From NCBI GenBank assembly GCA_950097015.1, contig CATNEN010000039.1, positions 19,592,001 to 19,656,000 of the forward strand: a DNA stretch of 64,000 bases, written 5' to 3'. The DNA is from Macrostomum hystrix. Lineage: Eukaryota > Animalia > Platyhelminthes. The notes below the pieces were generated by a model. It was not told the DNA's origin. It was given only the letters and a program-made list of their open reading frames with translations, and did not search any database. The translations under genes and the position numbers were made by a program. The number at the start of each line of letters is the position of its first letter. The first letter of the stretch is position 1. Positions 11,223-24,375 of this stretch are shown here, one piece after another.

Positions 11223-14200
11223 TCACTGCATCTGGCACAGGCAGGAGTGCACGGGTCCAACTGATTCAGGCGGTACAAGGACTCCAACAATGCGCCTACC
11301 ATCGCTGGCTCGCATTCGCACCAGTTGCATATTGCGACAGACGCGTTCCAGTGTGGGCCAGACACTCAGCACTGACCCAGCTAGCAGGTGATAGACGCGA
11401 ACCCGGAGCCCGACTTCGCACGGCTTACCTGTGGCTGCTTGACGGCCGCACTGGCCGCTGGCAGAGGCGATAGCGTGGGCGCAATGACTGCGTGAGCGAT
11501 CGTACACCTGGGCGGTTCGCGTTTGAGAAAACTGATTTGACAAATGCGAGCTTTATCTCTAATCCTTACCTGTCTTATCTCTCGCCTCCCTTATCTCTCT
11601 CAAATTCTCACCTGTCTATCTCCTTTCACCCTTAACCGTTCTATTTATTCTTACCCCTCACGCGTTTAATATCTCACCTGTCACCTGTCTTATCTATTGT
11701 CCCACTCACCTGTCTTATCTTGTGTCACCCGCACCTGTCTTATCTCTCTCAACCCTCACTGTCTTATCTCTCTCAGCCCTCACTGTCTTATCTACTGTCA
11801 CCCACACCTGTCTTCCTCACTTGTCTTATCTCCTATCACCCGCACCTGTCTTATCTCTCTCACCCCTCACTGTCTTATCTCTCTCACCCCTCACTGTCTT
11901 ATCTCTCTCACCCCTCACTGTCTTATCTCTCTCACCCCTCACTGTCTTTTCTACTGTCACCCCTCACTGTCTTATCTACTGTCACCCTCACCTGTCTTAT
12001 CTACTGTCACCCTCACCTGCCTTTTCTCTCTCACTCCTAGCCGATTTCTCTTACGCTATGCTGACAAGGAATTTCGTTAGAAAGAAATCTATAGAGCTAG
12101 TTAGATTGGCTCGGTGACTATATAGTCTAACAACTAACCTGTTCCCAAATCCGCTTCGCCACATCCAGATCCGTGACGCGACGCCATCTTTCCTGCAGTC
12201 GCAGCAGACCCTCTAGCCTGGCCTGCTGCCCTGTACTAGGCCTGTACAGTCGCATTAGAACAGCCTCCTCCGCGTGACCGGAGCCAGTCGAAGAGCCGCC
12301 GGCGTCCAATTTGCGCCGCTTACTCCGCTGTTTTCTACTAGGCGCCACAGCCAGCAGAGGCTGTTGAATACCGGACGCGGCCGGCTGTTTTGGCAGATAA
12401 AAGCCGTCATGCGGTCCCTCGTGAAGATAGAAAATCTCCGAGGCCTTGTGCCAGGGCAGGCCCCGCTCGGCCCGCACAGTGTGCAGGTGCACCTGGCAAC
12501 AGTCGCCAAAGTAGCGCGTCTCATAGGACTCGGTGTCCTCGATCTGGAATGGGATGATGAATTTTGTTATGGCAATAAGCAATTCCGGGGTATCATGATA
12601 ACAAGAACGGACCCCACAGTAAAAGAAGAAAATGCAGAGACAAGAACATGTTACAATGAGAGCAAAAATCACACTTTCTTGAGAACAGGTATCACACTTT
12701 CTTGAGAACAGGTATCACAATTTATTGAGAACAGGTATCACACTTTCTTGAGAACAGGTATCACACTTTCTTGAGAACAGGTATCACACTTTCTTGAGAA
12801 CAGGTATCACACTTTCTTGAGAACAGGTATCACACTTTCTTGAGAACAGGTATCACACTTTCTTGAGAACAGGTATCACACTTTCTTGAGAACAGGTATC
12901 ACACTTTCTTGAGAACAGGTATCACACTTTCTTGAGAACTGGTGTCACACTTTATTGGGAACAGGTATCACACTTTCTTGAGAACTGGTGTCACACTTTA
13001 TTGGGAACAGGTATCGCACTTTATTGAGAACAGTTATCACACTTTCTTGAGAACAGGTATCACACTTTCTTGAGAACAGGTATCACACTTTCTTGAGAAC
13101 AGGTATCACACTTTCTTGAGAACAGGTATCACACTTTCTTGAGAACAGGTATCACACTTTCTTGAGAACAGGTATCACACTTTCTTGAGAACTGGTGTCA
13201 CACTTTATTGGGAACAGGTATCACACTTTCTTGAGAACTGGTGTCACACTTTATTGGGAACAGGTATCGCACTTTATTGAGAACAGTTATCATACTTAAA
13301 AGATAATAAGTATCGAACTCAAGAGAACAGGGGCATCGAACTACTAAAAACAGACATACAACTTTTAAATGAGTATTTAAGGCATCAATCATACAGCTTC
13401 AACAAACCTGTAGGCTCTCTCCTTTGACGCCCAGATCGGCTATGCCAATATCGAGTTTGCCTTCGCGCTTAGCTTTCAGCGTCACCTCGGCCAGGGTGTC
13501 CGCAAAGTATTGAAATAGCGCATTCTGCATAGCCACCTCCAGTCCTAGCAGGCGATTTAGAAACTTCGGTATACAATTGTACTCCCTATCAAGGAAGTAG
13601 CCGTTCGGCTGCCGACCAATCATTCCCATGCTAACTAGGGCCTGCGGAAAATCGAACCAAAGATCAACCGGCACCTCGGCGATTGGCTCCTCCATGCCGA
13701 TGGCCGATTTGACGGCGGATTCAAGGGCCAGCCGGCCAAATTGATTGTCCAAATTGAATCGCGACAGGTCGCGACTTTCGCCAGCGCGCCTATCGCCGTG
13801 GGTCAGGGCGCCGAGGCTTTCTAATCGCTTAGCAACCGAGGCGGCGAATCGGCGCTCCCCAGCTAGCTCGGAGATTAGAAATATGTAGCGGGGAGCCGAC
13901 ACCTGATTGGATCGGTGGGTGCGGCCGAACTGTTGAATAGCTCGATCGGCGCTCCAAGGCAACTCCAGGGTGATGTGCACACGACGGCGCTGATTCGGTA
14001 CCCGCTTATCGGCCTGGATAAATTATGAAATCGCGAGAGCAATTTGTGGAATAAAATCGCAGCAGAGAGGCTACAGATGGAATCGCAGCAAATAGGTAAG
14101 ATATGGAATCGCAGCAGAGAAGCAACAGATGGATTCGCAGCAGAGAAGCAACAGATGGAATCGCAGCAGTGCAGAGAAGCAACAGATGGAATCGCAGCAG

Positions 14201-17200
14201 AGAAGCAACAGATGGAATCGCAGCAGAGAAGCAACAGATGGAATCGCAGCAGAGAAGCTACAGATGAAATTATACCTGCAAGCTGATGCCACTAGAAGCC
14301 GCCTCGGATATGACAGCTATTAGTTTTTCGCCGTCCATAAATCGCTGCTTCTCAGTCAGGTTAATTAGCTCCATCGACAATTCCGCTTCTCGGCGGCTTT
14401 CGTAGGTCACCTAAAAAAATCAAAACCGCTTTTAATTTCTAACGAGGAAGTAGCTTGTGTTGGGATTTCTGAGGAAGTAGCTTGTGTTGGGATTTCTGAG
14501 GAAGTAGCTTGTGTTGGGATTTCTGAGGAAGTAGCTTGTGTTGGGATTTCTGAGGAAGTAGCTTGTGTTGGGATTTCTGAGGAAGTAGCTTGTGTTGGGA
14601 TTTCTGAGGAAGTAGCTTGTGTTGGGATTTTTGAGGAAGTAGCTTGTGTTGGGATTTCTGAGGAAGTAGCTTGTGTTGGGATTTCTGAGGAAGTAGCTTG
14701 TGTTGGGATTTCTGAGGAAGTAGCTTGTGTTGGGATTTCTGAGGAAGTAGCTTGTGTTGGGATTTCTAATTAAAATACTTTGGGTTGGGATTCCTAATTA
14801 AAATACTTCGGGTTGGGATTTATAGTTAAGATACTTCGGGTTGGGATTTCTAATTAAAATACTTTGGGTTGGGATTTCTAATTAAAATACTTTGGGTTGG
14901 GATTTCTAATTAAAATACTTTGGGTTGGGATTTCTAATTAAAATACTTTGGGTTTGATTTTCTAGTTAAGATACTTCGGGTTGGGATTTCTAACGATCAT
15001 TGAAGTCAGGATTTTTAATCAAGCAGACTAAGGCTGGGATAGGGAGGGGTCGGTGACAGCGGTTATCGCGTTTGCCTTCCGCACCAAGGTCCCTGAGCTC
15101 GATTCCGTGGCGAGGCCGCATTCATTTGGGGCACAGCTGCGAAGAGAAGTCTTGGTGGCTTGTCGTACAATTTACGCCCTTGAGGGCAAACCTCCAAGGC
15201 ACAATGAAGTTCGTACACTGCCTGACGATGAGAAAGTCAGGGCAGGTGTACACACCTGTGTGTGTGCCTGCGTACGGTATCTGTGTGCGTGTGTGCTCAG
15301 GAGTCAGCGAAATGGGCAGAATTGCTTTCTCGCTGGCTGCGGGTCTAGTGTCACCAAATGTTGTGCCTTTGCCCGCAGCCCTCCTGCAATTGTTATCATT
15401 ATTAAGGCTGGGATATTTGATAAGGAAATAGCTTTACTGATCTCTAAAATATGGTGAGAGTGTTACTCACTTGTCCAGCATCGTCAGCGACAACTCGTCC
15501 GCGCCGTCCGGTCATCTCGGCCACCACCACCGGGCCGCCTAGCCTATCGATGAGCTCGTCTAGAGCATTTTTAGGCAGCTGATCGTCCATAGCTTCAACG
15601 GCTTTCAATAGGTCTGCCTTGAGCTGGGCAGCCCGGCGCCGGTCCTCACCCGTCACTTCCCGAGTCGGAGCGCCACCGCCGGATTCGCTGCCGCTGCCGG
15701 CACCATCGGCGGTGTCGCGCAGACGATTCTGACGAACCCACCGACTGCCGAGGATTTCACCGATTGTGTCGTCGCCTTCAAACAAATCCATTAGCGACAG
15801 ATCGACGCTGGGAAAGTGCTTTTCGATTAGCGACTGAAACACGCCTTTGGCTGTGGACACGAAATCGTTTAAGTCTCCCTGCGCTTCTTCCAATAGTTCC
15901 GTGGTTCGAGCCTCGCCTGTTGACTGCAGGCCAATGACAACGCAATGTCCAGCCTCAACTGCCTCTGTAGCCAGCTGAAGATAAGTGCGTAGTATGAGTA
16001 GGGATTCAGTGTATTCTTATAAACAGAACTCAAATCATGGAGATTGTATTAAACAGAACTCAAATCATGGGGATTGTATTAAACAGAACTCAAATCATGG
16101 GGATTGTAATAAACAGAACTCAAATCATGGGGATTGTAATAAACAGAACTCAAATCATGGGGATTGTAATAAACAGAACTCAAATCATGGGGATTGTAAT
16201 AAACAGAACTCAAATCATGGGGATTGTATTAAACAGAACTCAAATCATGGGGATTGTATTAAACAGAACTCAAATCATGGGGATTGTATTAAACAGAACT
16301 CAAATCATGGGGATTGTATTAAACAGAACTCAAATCATGGGGATTGTATTAAACAGAACTCAAATCATGGGGATTGTATTAAACAGAACTCAAATCATGA
16401 GGATTCTAATAAAAAGAACTCAAATCATGAGGATTCTTATAAACAGAACTCAAATCATGAGGATTCTAATAAAAAGAACTCAAATCATGAGGATTCTTAT
16501 AAACAGAACTCAAATCATGAGGATTCTAATAAACAGAACTAAAATCATAGGGATTCTTATAAACAGAACTCAAATCATGAGGATTCTAATAAACAGAACT
16601 CAAATCATGAGGATTCTTATAAACAGAACTCAAATCATGAGGATTCTAATAAACAGAACTCAAATCATGAGGATTCTTATAAACAGAACTCAAATCATGA
16701 GGATTCTAATAAACTTAACTCCAAATGTGGATTATGATTATAAATCCCAAATAAGGGGATTTTCTGACAGCGCATATCTTACCTCAACACATCTGTCAAT
16801 CTTAGCCGAGACGCAAAGGTGTTTAAAGAATCGCTGATGCGCCGACCAGAACTGGCCCCACACCACCTTGCGATTCCTGCCATCAGGATCCGTGCGCTTC
16901 GAAGCCTCCTCGAAGGCCGCCTTTGCCTGCAGCCACAGTCGGCAGCTGGCGTTGTACATTTCAGTGTACTCCTGGCACAGAGGAACCTCGTCTATGCCGA
17001 ATTGGACACCCTGGGATGAGATGAGATTTACAAGCTTTAGATATATACTGGCTAATGCTGAGATGGATACTAGCTAATGCTGAGATGGATACTAGCTAAT
17101 GCTGAGATGGATACTGGCTAATACTGAGATGGATACTGGCTAATGCTGAGATGGATACTAGCTAATGCTGAGATGGATACTGGCTAATGCTGAGATGGAT

Positions 17201-20200
17201 ACTGGCTAATGCTGAGATGGATACTGGCTAATGCTGAGATGGATACTAGCTAATGCTGAGATGGATACTAGCTAATACTGAGATGGATACTGGCTAATGC
17301 TGAGATGGATACTAGCTAATACTGAGATGGATACTGGCTAATACTGAGATGGATACTGGCTAATGCTGAGATGGATACTGGCTAATACTGAGATGGATAC
17401 TAGCTAATACTGAGATGGATACTGGCTAATACTGAGATGGATACTGGCTAATGCTGAGATGGATACTGGCTAATGCTGAGATGGATACTGGCTAATGCTG
17501 AGATGGATACTGGCTAATGCTGAGATGGATACTTGCTAATGCTGAGATGGATACTGGCTAATGCTGAGATGGATACTGGCTAATGCTGAGATGGATACTG
17601 GCTAATGCTGAGATGGATACTAGCTAATGCTGAGATGGATACTGGCTAATGCTGAGATGGATACTAGCTAATGCTGAGATGGATACTGGCTAATACTGAG
17701 ATGGATACTGGCTAATGCTGAGATGGATACTTGCTAATGCTGAGATGGATACTGGCTAATGCTGAGATGGATACTGGCTAATGCTGAGATGGATAATGGC
17801 TAATGCTGAGATGGATACTGGCTAATGCTGAGTTGCTAATATGGACACAAAAAGCTAGACAATACTCACATGAAAGCTAAGCTGTCTAGCGATGTACATT
17901 CCTCGCAGTTTCATATCCATAGCTAGCAGTTCCATAACTCCAATGCCTCTTCGTTCAATAGTGTTGATAAAGTGGGCAAAGGTTGGGAAAGCACTGCCGC
18001 TGCCCCATAGGCCTAGACGGGTCATGTAGCCCATATTCTTAGGCTCCGAGGCGCCAGTAGCCGATGCGTAGACTACCCTGGCCATTGGTAATTGATTTTG
18101 CAAATCTAGCACAGTCTGACCAGTTTTGCTAGGCTTCTGAGAACCAGCAGGATAAAGATTCTTGGCTCGATGGCATTCGTCCAGGATGATTAGGCCTTCA
18201 AATTCTCGGCCAAGAAAGTTGACTAGCTGACGCAGACGGCTCTTATATTTGCTAGTTGAACTGGCCGATTCGCCAATTAGAGACGCGTAGGTGGCGAATA
18301 TGCAGCCTTTGCGAATTCTGCCATTCTCGTCGCTATTGATTTTGGCGTACTTCATTCGGTGGAGAGAATGCACAGCAATCCGATCCGCCTTAATTCATTG
18401 GTTCGGGATTCGAATAGTGACATTGGGATCTTAATGATGTTTTGCCACAGTTGGGAACATTGGAGTACAGACTGGGATCATTGGAGTTGGGACTCTAGGG
18501 GTTGGGATTTTAATTTTTGGGAGTTCGCAATATCAATTTTATAAAATGGATTTTTTAAATGAAAACGACATTATTGATAATTTGAAATAGGATCCTGATT
18601 TATATCAATGGGATTCTGATCTTTGGTAAATGAAATCAAACTTCTTTCAATGAGATTTAGATCCTTTTAAATAAGATTCCGATCCTTTGAAATGAGATTC
18701 CGATCATTTGAAATGAGATTCCGATCCTTTGAAATGAGATTCCGATCCTTTGAAATGAGATTCCGATCCTTTGAAATGAGATTCCGATCCTTGGAAATGA
18801 GATTCCGATCCTTGGAAATGAGATTCCGATCCTTGGAAATGAGATTCCGATCCTTGGAAATGAGATTCCGATCCTTGGAAATGGGATTTAGATCCTTTGA
18901 AATGAGATTCCGATCCTTTGAAATGAGATTCCGATCCTTGGAAATGAGATTCCGATCCTTGGAAATGAGATTCCGATCCTTGGAAATGAGATTCCGATCC
19001 TTGGAAATGAGATTCGGATCCTTGGAAATGAGATTCCGATCATTTGAAATGGGATTTAGATCCTTTGAAATGAGATTCCGATCCTTTGAAATGAGATTCC
19101 GATCCTTTGAAATGAGATTCCAATCCTTTGAAATGGGATTTAGATCCTTTGAAATGAGATTCCGATCCTTGGAAATGAGATTCCGATTCTTGGAATTAAG
19201 ATTCCGATTCTTGGAAATGGGATTTTAATCCTTTGAAATTGGATTTTGATCATTTAAAATGGGATTTAAATCCTTTAAAATGGGATTTAGATCCTTGGAA
19301 ATGAGATTCCGATTCTTGGAAATGGGATTTTGATCCTTTTAAATTGGATTTTGATCATTTAAAATGGGATTTAAATCCTTTAAAATGGGATTTAGATCCT
19401 TGGAAATGAGATTCCGATCCTTGGAAATTGGATTTTGATCATTTAAAATGGGATTTAAATCCTTTAAAATGGGATTTAGATCCTTGGAAATGAGATTCCG
19501 ATCCTTGGAAATTGGAGTCTCAAAATTGCAGCCAAGATTCTTCTTTTTTGTATTATAAAATGTCTAGGATACGCGATTTCGCCGCTAACCTGCAGATCGC
19601 GCAAATCTCGTTCAGCATCTACGCGTAGATCGTTAGACACTGATAGCCACAGGGCGCGCTTCCTCCCGCGCAGATAGTTCTCGTAGAGCAGGGCGGCCAG
19701 GACTCGACCCTTGCCCATGCCGGGACCGTCGCCAAGTAGGTAGCCGGCCCGCTGGCCGCTGGGCAGTATCGATTCGTGGCGCTGACAGGCGTAGATGACG
19801 GCTTCTAATTGAGCACTGCTCAATAGGCCGTCGGAGATTACTTCTTCCGGTAGGCGCAGTTCGTAATGAATATCGGGCGGCTCAACGGCTGCAAGAGAGC
19901 TAGATTCAACGACAACGTCTGGATGCGGACAGCCGATGCGAAGCTTCTGAGGTCTGGGAGGAAAGAATGGACTCTATCAGGCATGAACCACAGCCTAGAA
20001 TCATTGGGTCAGCTATGACCCACAGTCTAGAATCATTGGGTCAGCTATGACCCACAGCCTAGAATCATTGCGTCAGCTATGACCCACAGCCTAGAATCAT
20101 TGCGTCAGCTATGACCCACAGTCTAAAATCATTGGATCAGCTATGACCCACAGCGAAGAATCATTGGATCAGCTATGCTCTCTCAGTTTAGGATGGCTGG

Positions 20201-21436
20201 CAAACAAGCAGCCAGTGATTGAACTCACCGATAGTCTTTGTAAGTCTCAGCCGCCCCCAGCTCCTCCAGCTGATCTTCCAATTCGTCAGCGGCCTCTTCG
20301 CGCTGCCGGCGCAGTGCGTTGTTGCGATTTAAGAGCCGGTCTCTGGCCAACTTTTCGCGTTCCTGTGGCGTCAGAACAGGCGCCGATGCGACTGGCTTTA
20401 ATGAGGCCTGATTAAAAGGCGGTGCCTGACGATTGTATAAAAATGGTGGCTGCTGCTGCTGTTGCTGTGGTCTTATTGGCATACGCACAGGAATTGGCAC
20501 AGTTAACGGTTGTTGCTGTGCAGTTAGCACCTGCACAGGCACATTAGATGTCTGTGGCGTCATGGAAGATGTAGGCAGTGACGGAGGCGGACCAGTCAGA
20601 TTACTGAGGCCGCTCTCAGCTAGTGCCAGCTCCAGCAGGTCGGTGGGCTTTTCAGCTGGCTGACTGGTGGATGAGCTGCTAGGCATCATTTGCGACTGCT
20701 GCGATAGCGGCATCGGTGGAGCTAAACGGACAATCGGCCTGATGCCGCCAAGTGGATTAGCCGCCGATGTTGTCGCGAACCGCATCGGAGACAGCATTGT
20801 TGAAGACGCCGACGAGTATGGCGACGGTGGCGGAACAATGACTCGATGCCGGATGCCACCAGGCGAGACCTGCAAAATGACGGCACCGGGAGGCGGTGCA
20901 CCTACGCGCAGGCCGGAAGCGACAGATGAGACGCGAGTGATGGCACCCGTAGGGGAGGCGGATGACGAAGTCAGCTGATGATGAATCTGATAACGATGCA
21001 TTGGCAGCGGAGTGCCAGCCGCATTTGCAGAAGCAACAGTTGCTATGCCATTGCTAACGGGCAGAAATTGATGACGTACTATCACAGAACCTGAATGCTG
21101 GTGTATCATTGGTGAAGAATGTGGCTGTTGCAGTATTGGCATCTGGGATGCAGTGGTGACAGGATGCTGCTGCTGTTGCTCTTGCTCCTGTGGCTGACCT
21201 AGTGGCTTTTTACTAATAAGGTTGTCAATTTCATCTTCATCTAGATCATCAAGAGGCTCTTCAACAACAGCTGGATTGTTGCCTTTGGCAGTGGATTCCT
21301 CTGGCTTATTAAGCTTATGATTGTTGTTGTTGGCCTCTAGATTAGTTGTAATATTTTCTGTACTAATAGTTGGCGCAATGGGTCGGCTGCCAAAGTCCTG
21401 AGACAGAGCTTCATTGAACAAGTCCAGCTGGTCCAT
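11223..21436 (-). CDS. SBNO1: Strawberry notch homolog (SF2 helicase-like nuclear protein)
   Basis: Nine exons: 21436-20229, 19953-19590, 18388-17870, 17010-16783, 15974-15471, 14410-14276, 14013-13408, 12543-12139, 11507-11223, all GT-AG and frame-consistent. Motifs [109 protein letters not shown]. Confidence 0.95.
11560..12035. repeat. SBNO intron 8 minisatellite, ~24 bp unit CCCCTCACTGTCTTATCTCTCTCA
   Basis: Tandem degenerate copies. Confidence 0.9.
12669..13290. repeat. SBNO intron 7 minisatellite, 23 bp unit CACTTTCTTGAGAACAGGTATCA
   Basis: About 27 near-identical copies. Confidence 0.95.
14055..14268. repeat. SBNO intron 6 minisatellite, 26 bp unit GAATCGCAGCAGAGAAGCAACAGATG
   Basis: About 7-8 copies. 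Confidence 0.9.
14444..14992. repeat. SBNO intron 5 compound minisatellite (27 bp GAGGAAGTAGCTTGTGTTGGGATTTCT, then 28 bp AATTAAAATACTTTGGGTTGGGATTTCT)
   Basis: Two related arrays abutting, sharing GTTGGGATTTCT. Confidence 0.95.
15042..15402 (+). mobile_element. SINE family A, full length with 13 bp target-site duplication
   Basis: TAAGGCTGGGATA at 15029-15041 and 15403-15415; tRNA-like head; TTA-like tail. Confidence 0.9.
16000..16715. repeat. SBNO intron 4 minisatellite, 30 bp unit AAACAGAACTCAAATCATGGGGATTGTATT
   Basis: About 23 copies; variants change progressively along the array. Confidence 0.95.
17046..17840. repeat. SBNO intron 3 minisatellite, 22 bp unit CTGGCTAATGCTGAGATGGATA
   Basis: About 35 copies filling almost the whole intron. 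Confidence 0.95.
18650..19512. repeat. SBNO intron 2 minisatellite, 21 bp unit GAAATGAGATTCCGATCCTTT
   Basis: About 40 copies with degenerate flanks. Confidence 0.95.
19984..20177. repeat. SBNO intron 1 minisatellite, 32 bp unit CAGCTATGACCCACAGCCTAGAATCATTGCGT
   Basis: About 6 copies. Confidence 0.9.
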
Positions 21437-24246
21437 CAAATGATGGCACCTATGGACTGTACAGTTGGTGACACAAAGGCCTTATTGGGCCACTAAGTGG
21501 GCTTTAATTTAGAAATTCTTGTTTGATTATTTTGTAACTTTATCTGCAAAGCCACAATGGCTGCAATTGAAACAAATAAATGTTTAAAAAAACTTATAAG
21601 TCAACTGACTACTTCAGATACAAAATTATTTGTGCCTAAATGTGTCAAATACTTAAATGGTATGTATTTCAGTTACCTTTTGTAACTAAAATTTTATAAC
21701 TATTTTATTTATACTATACCATAATACTATATAAACATATGTATATACTAGCGTATGACTAGTGTGTGGCTAAAATACTCTACTAACTTGATACTTTTCT
21801 ACTTGGGTACATACCATTTATAAATAATTGTTATTAACTATTGATATTATATTGATATTCCCTGAAGGAAAAAACTAAATTGTTGAGTACACATCTGACA
21901 CAATTCTGAAGTGCACAATTGGGCAGCATTGCATGGCACAGCCAATTACCCCGTGCTGTCTTTGTTTTTTCCAATAGGTTTACATAGGTTAAAGCCATTG
22001 TTAGCTTTGTATGGAACTTTTTGAACCAAAATGCCACAGTTCCCTGATGCATGTCCATAAAACTTAGTGTAAAAATTCCAACAGAGTTGATAATTCATTA
22101 TTGATATCAACTATAGAAACTAGTTTATCATTTTTTATCTTTATGATTAGTTGGTTTGATCTTTATGAAAACCTTGAGTTCATCAAACATTTACATATTG
22201 ATGTGCTGTAGTCTGCTATGTCCAAGATTCCTTGATACTTAGAGAATTTTCAGTCCCTGAAAACTCCATCTTTACCGGAAAACTTAGCAATCCCAAGCCT
22301 GATTACTTGGTTGCTCTACTGCTAGAAAGCATCAGTGTTTAGGCTGGTAAAACCCCTCTGACCCCTATTAGTCATTTTTACCAATTGTGTGCCAGGCTAC
22401 CACAGGTGCAACAATAGGAAATGAATATATATTGTATTGAATTTTTATTAAGTATTTCTGACATAAAAAATATTTCTTTCAGATCTGTAATTTTTTATAA
22501 TCACCTCTTACTGAACAGCCCCTTTAAGCATTGTTTTGAGCAATATTTTAAAAGAGCATATGCTGAGCAGCAATATCCTATATACTTTGCTAAGCAATAT
22601 GTATAAAAAAACCTCAGATAAATATTACAGCTGTTACAAAAAATTCGATTTATAATGCCTTAGTGAATTGTCCAATATACCCTTAGGTGTAAAAATGACT
22701 GGATGGCTTAACTTTTATTGCTTAAAAAGTAAACTTATATATGGAGTGCATGATCAATGTAGGTATAAAAAGGTACCTTAAATACTTAAGGAAATAAGTC
22801 ACTCAAAATACTGAATTGGTTGATCTCTAACAAATTCTGATAGGATAGATCACCAATGGTATACAAAGTAACAAAGAAACATTGGTGACAAAGTTAATTG
22901 TCACCTTTGTACCCAAATATACCATTCTTGCTGTTTTTTATTCAGGTTTTTGTTATAGGGCCTAGAACTCATATTCTCATATTTTATCCTCATATTCTAA
23001 TATTCTCATACTCAATATTTACTCATCTTTTGTTAAGAAATTCCCAGTAAAAATATGCACAAAAATGAAAAAACTACAGTATTTGTACATGCTATTTTTT
23101 CCAGTTGCTTTCCAGTTGCTTTCCAGTTGCATTGATATAAATACTAAAATGTTAAATTAAATAGTGGAGAATATTAAACTTTGTGGCAAGAAAGTTTACC
23201 TCTAGTGTAATTTACATTATAGTTTCATGTCATTAACTAGGCCCTATAAAAAAGCAAATAGCAACTTGTCTAGTTCTATATTGAATTTGTTTTAATTGTT
23301 TTAAATTTTATTAGCTTAAGTATATAGTATGCTGCTACTCAACATTAAGCTTTTTTATAGGCCTAACTGGCTCAAAATCATTCTTGAAGTGAGCTGTTCA
23401 GTTACTGAGTTAGACATGTCATTTAAAAAATTATACATAAAATAAGACAAGTGTAGGCCTAGGCCTAAAATTATTAAAAACATAACTGTTCAAAATTTTA
23501 CATTGGAAGATTTGAACCAGCATGATCTAGGCCTAGCTCCAACTCCAGAGGTGGCCCAGACCAACAAGCCATAAAGCCATAGTCATCACTCATCAATCAG
23601 AATTTGTTTTCAGGGTGCTTTGTTTCTCAAACCATCAAATGTGTTTTGTTTGTCCACATTTGATTATTGTTCATTAAAAATGTAAAAAACTATTTGGCCT
23701 AAGCAAAACAAACTGCAAATGGCAATGCCAAAAAAATTAATATTATAAATTATAATCACTTTTTGGGGCCTATATTATAGTAAAAATATAAACAGTGAGT
23801 TCAAGACTAACACCAAACAAACAAATAACAAGCCACTCAGATGTCATAGTAGTGTGCTCCTACACCCTGAGTCTGTCTGGGTGGCTGTGAATACTGGCCT
23901 AGGCCTATTGATAATATTTTAGACATATCTGTCCTGGCAATTGTTAGCTTTTTGGTTGGGATTTAGTAGAATGTATATAAGTAGCTAGTAAGCTAGGTAG
24001 TAGGCCCTACTCAAATTAAAGTATTTTTACAATAAACTAGGAAAATGGTTTTTATTAGGGGGCTGGCTCTGGCTCAAGGTCAATCTTGCTACCTTGCTTT
24101 TAGCTTTGCAAGCTTGTGAAATACCATGCTGTCGCCTGTCTGAGTGTCTGTGCCTCATCAAGATCCTATGAACCCGAAAGGATTAGCAGAGCAGCCAGGG
24201 GCCAGGGCTAGGCCATATTGCCATGAGACAGTAGGTTATACGAAGA

Positions 24247-24375
24247 GCTTGCGTGCACGGCTGCCGTTCACCCAAAGCCATACTTGCGTGCACGGCTGCC
24301 GTTCGCCCAAAGCCATACTTGCGTGCACGGCTGCCGTTCGCCCAAAGCCATACTTGCGTGCACGGCTGCCGTTCG
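24247..24375. repeat. 35 bp tandem repeat CTTGCGTGCACGGCTGCCGTTCGCCCAAAGCCATA
   Basis: About 3.6 near-identical copies. Confidence 0.9.

Noticed and set aside
15215-15335. Hammerhead ribozyme in SINE-A (CTGACGA...GAAA), by analogy with the schistosome Sm-alpha repeat
   Set aside because: Only 3 nt separate CTGACGA and GAAA (no stem II), and no stem III/UH geometry fits; it is a simple hairpin.
12669-19512. CRISPR-like appearance of 21-33 bp repeats
   Set aside because: Head-to-tail units with no unique spacers, no cas genes, and a eukaryotic intron context.
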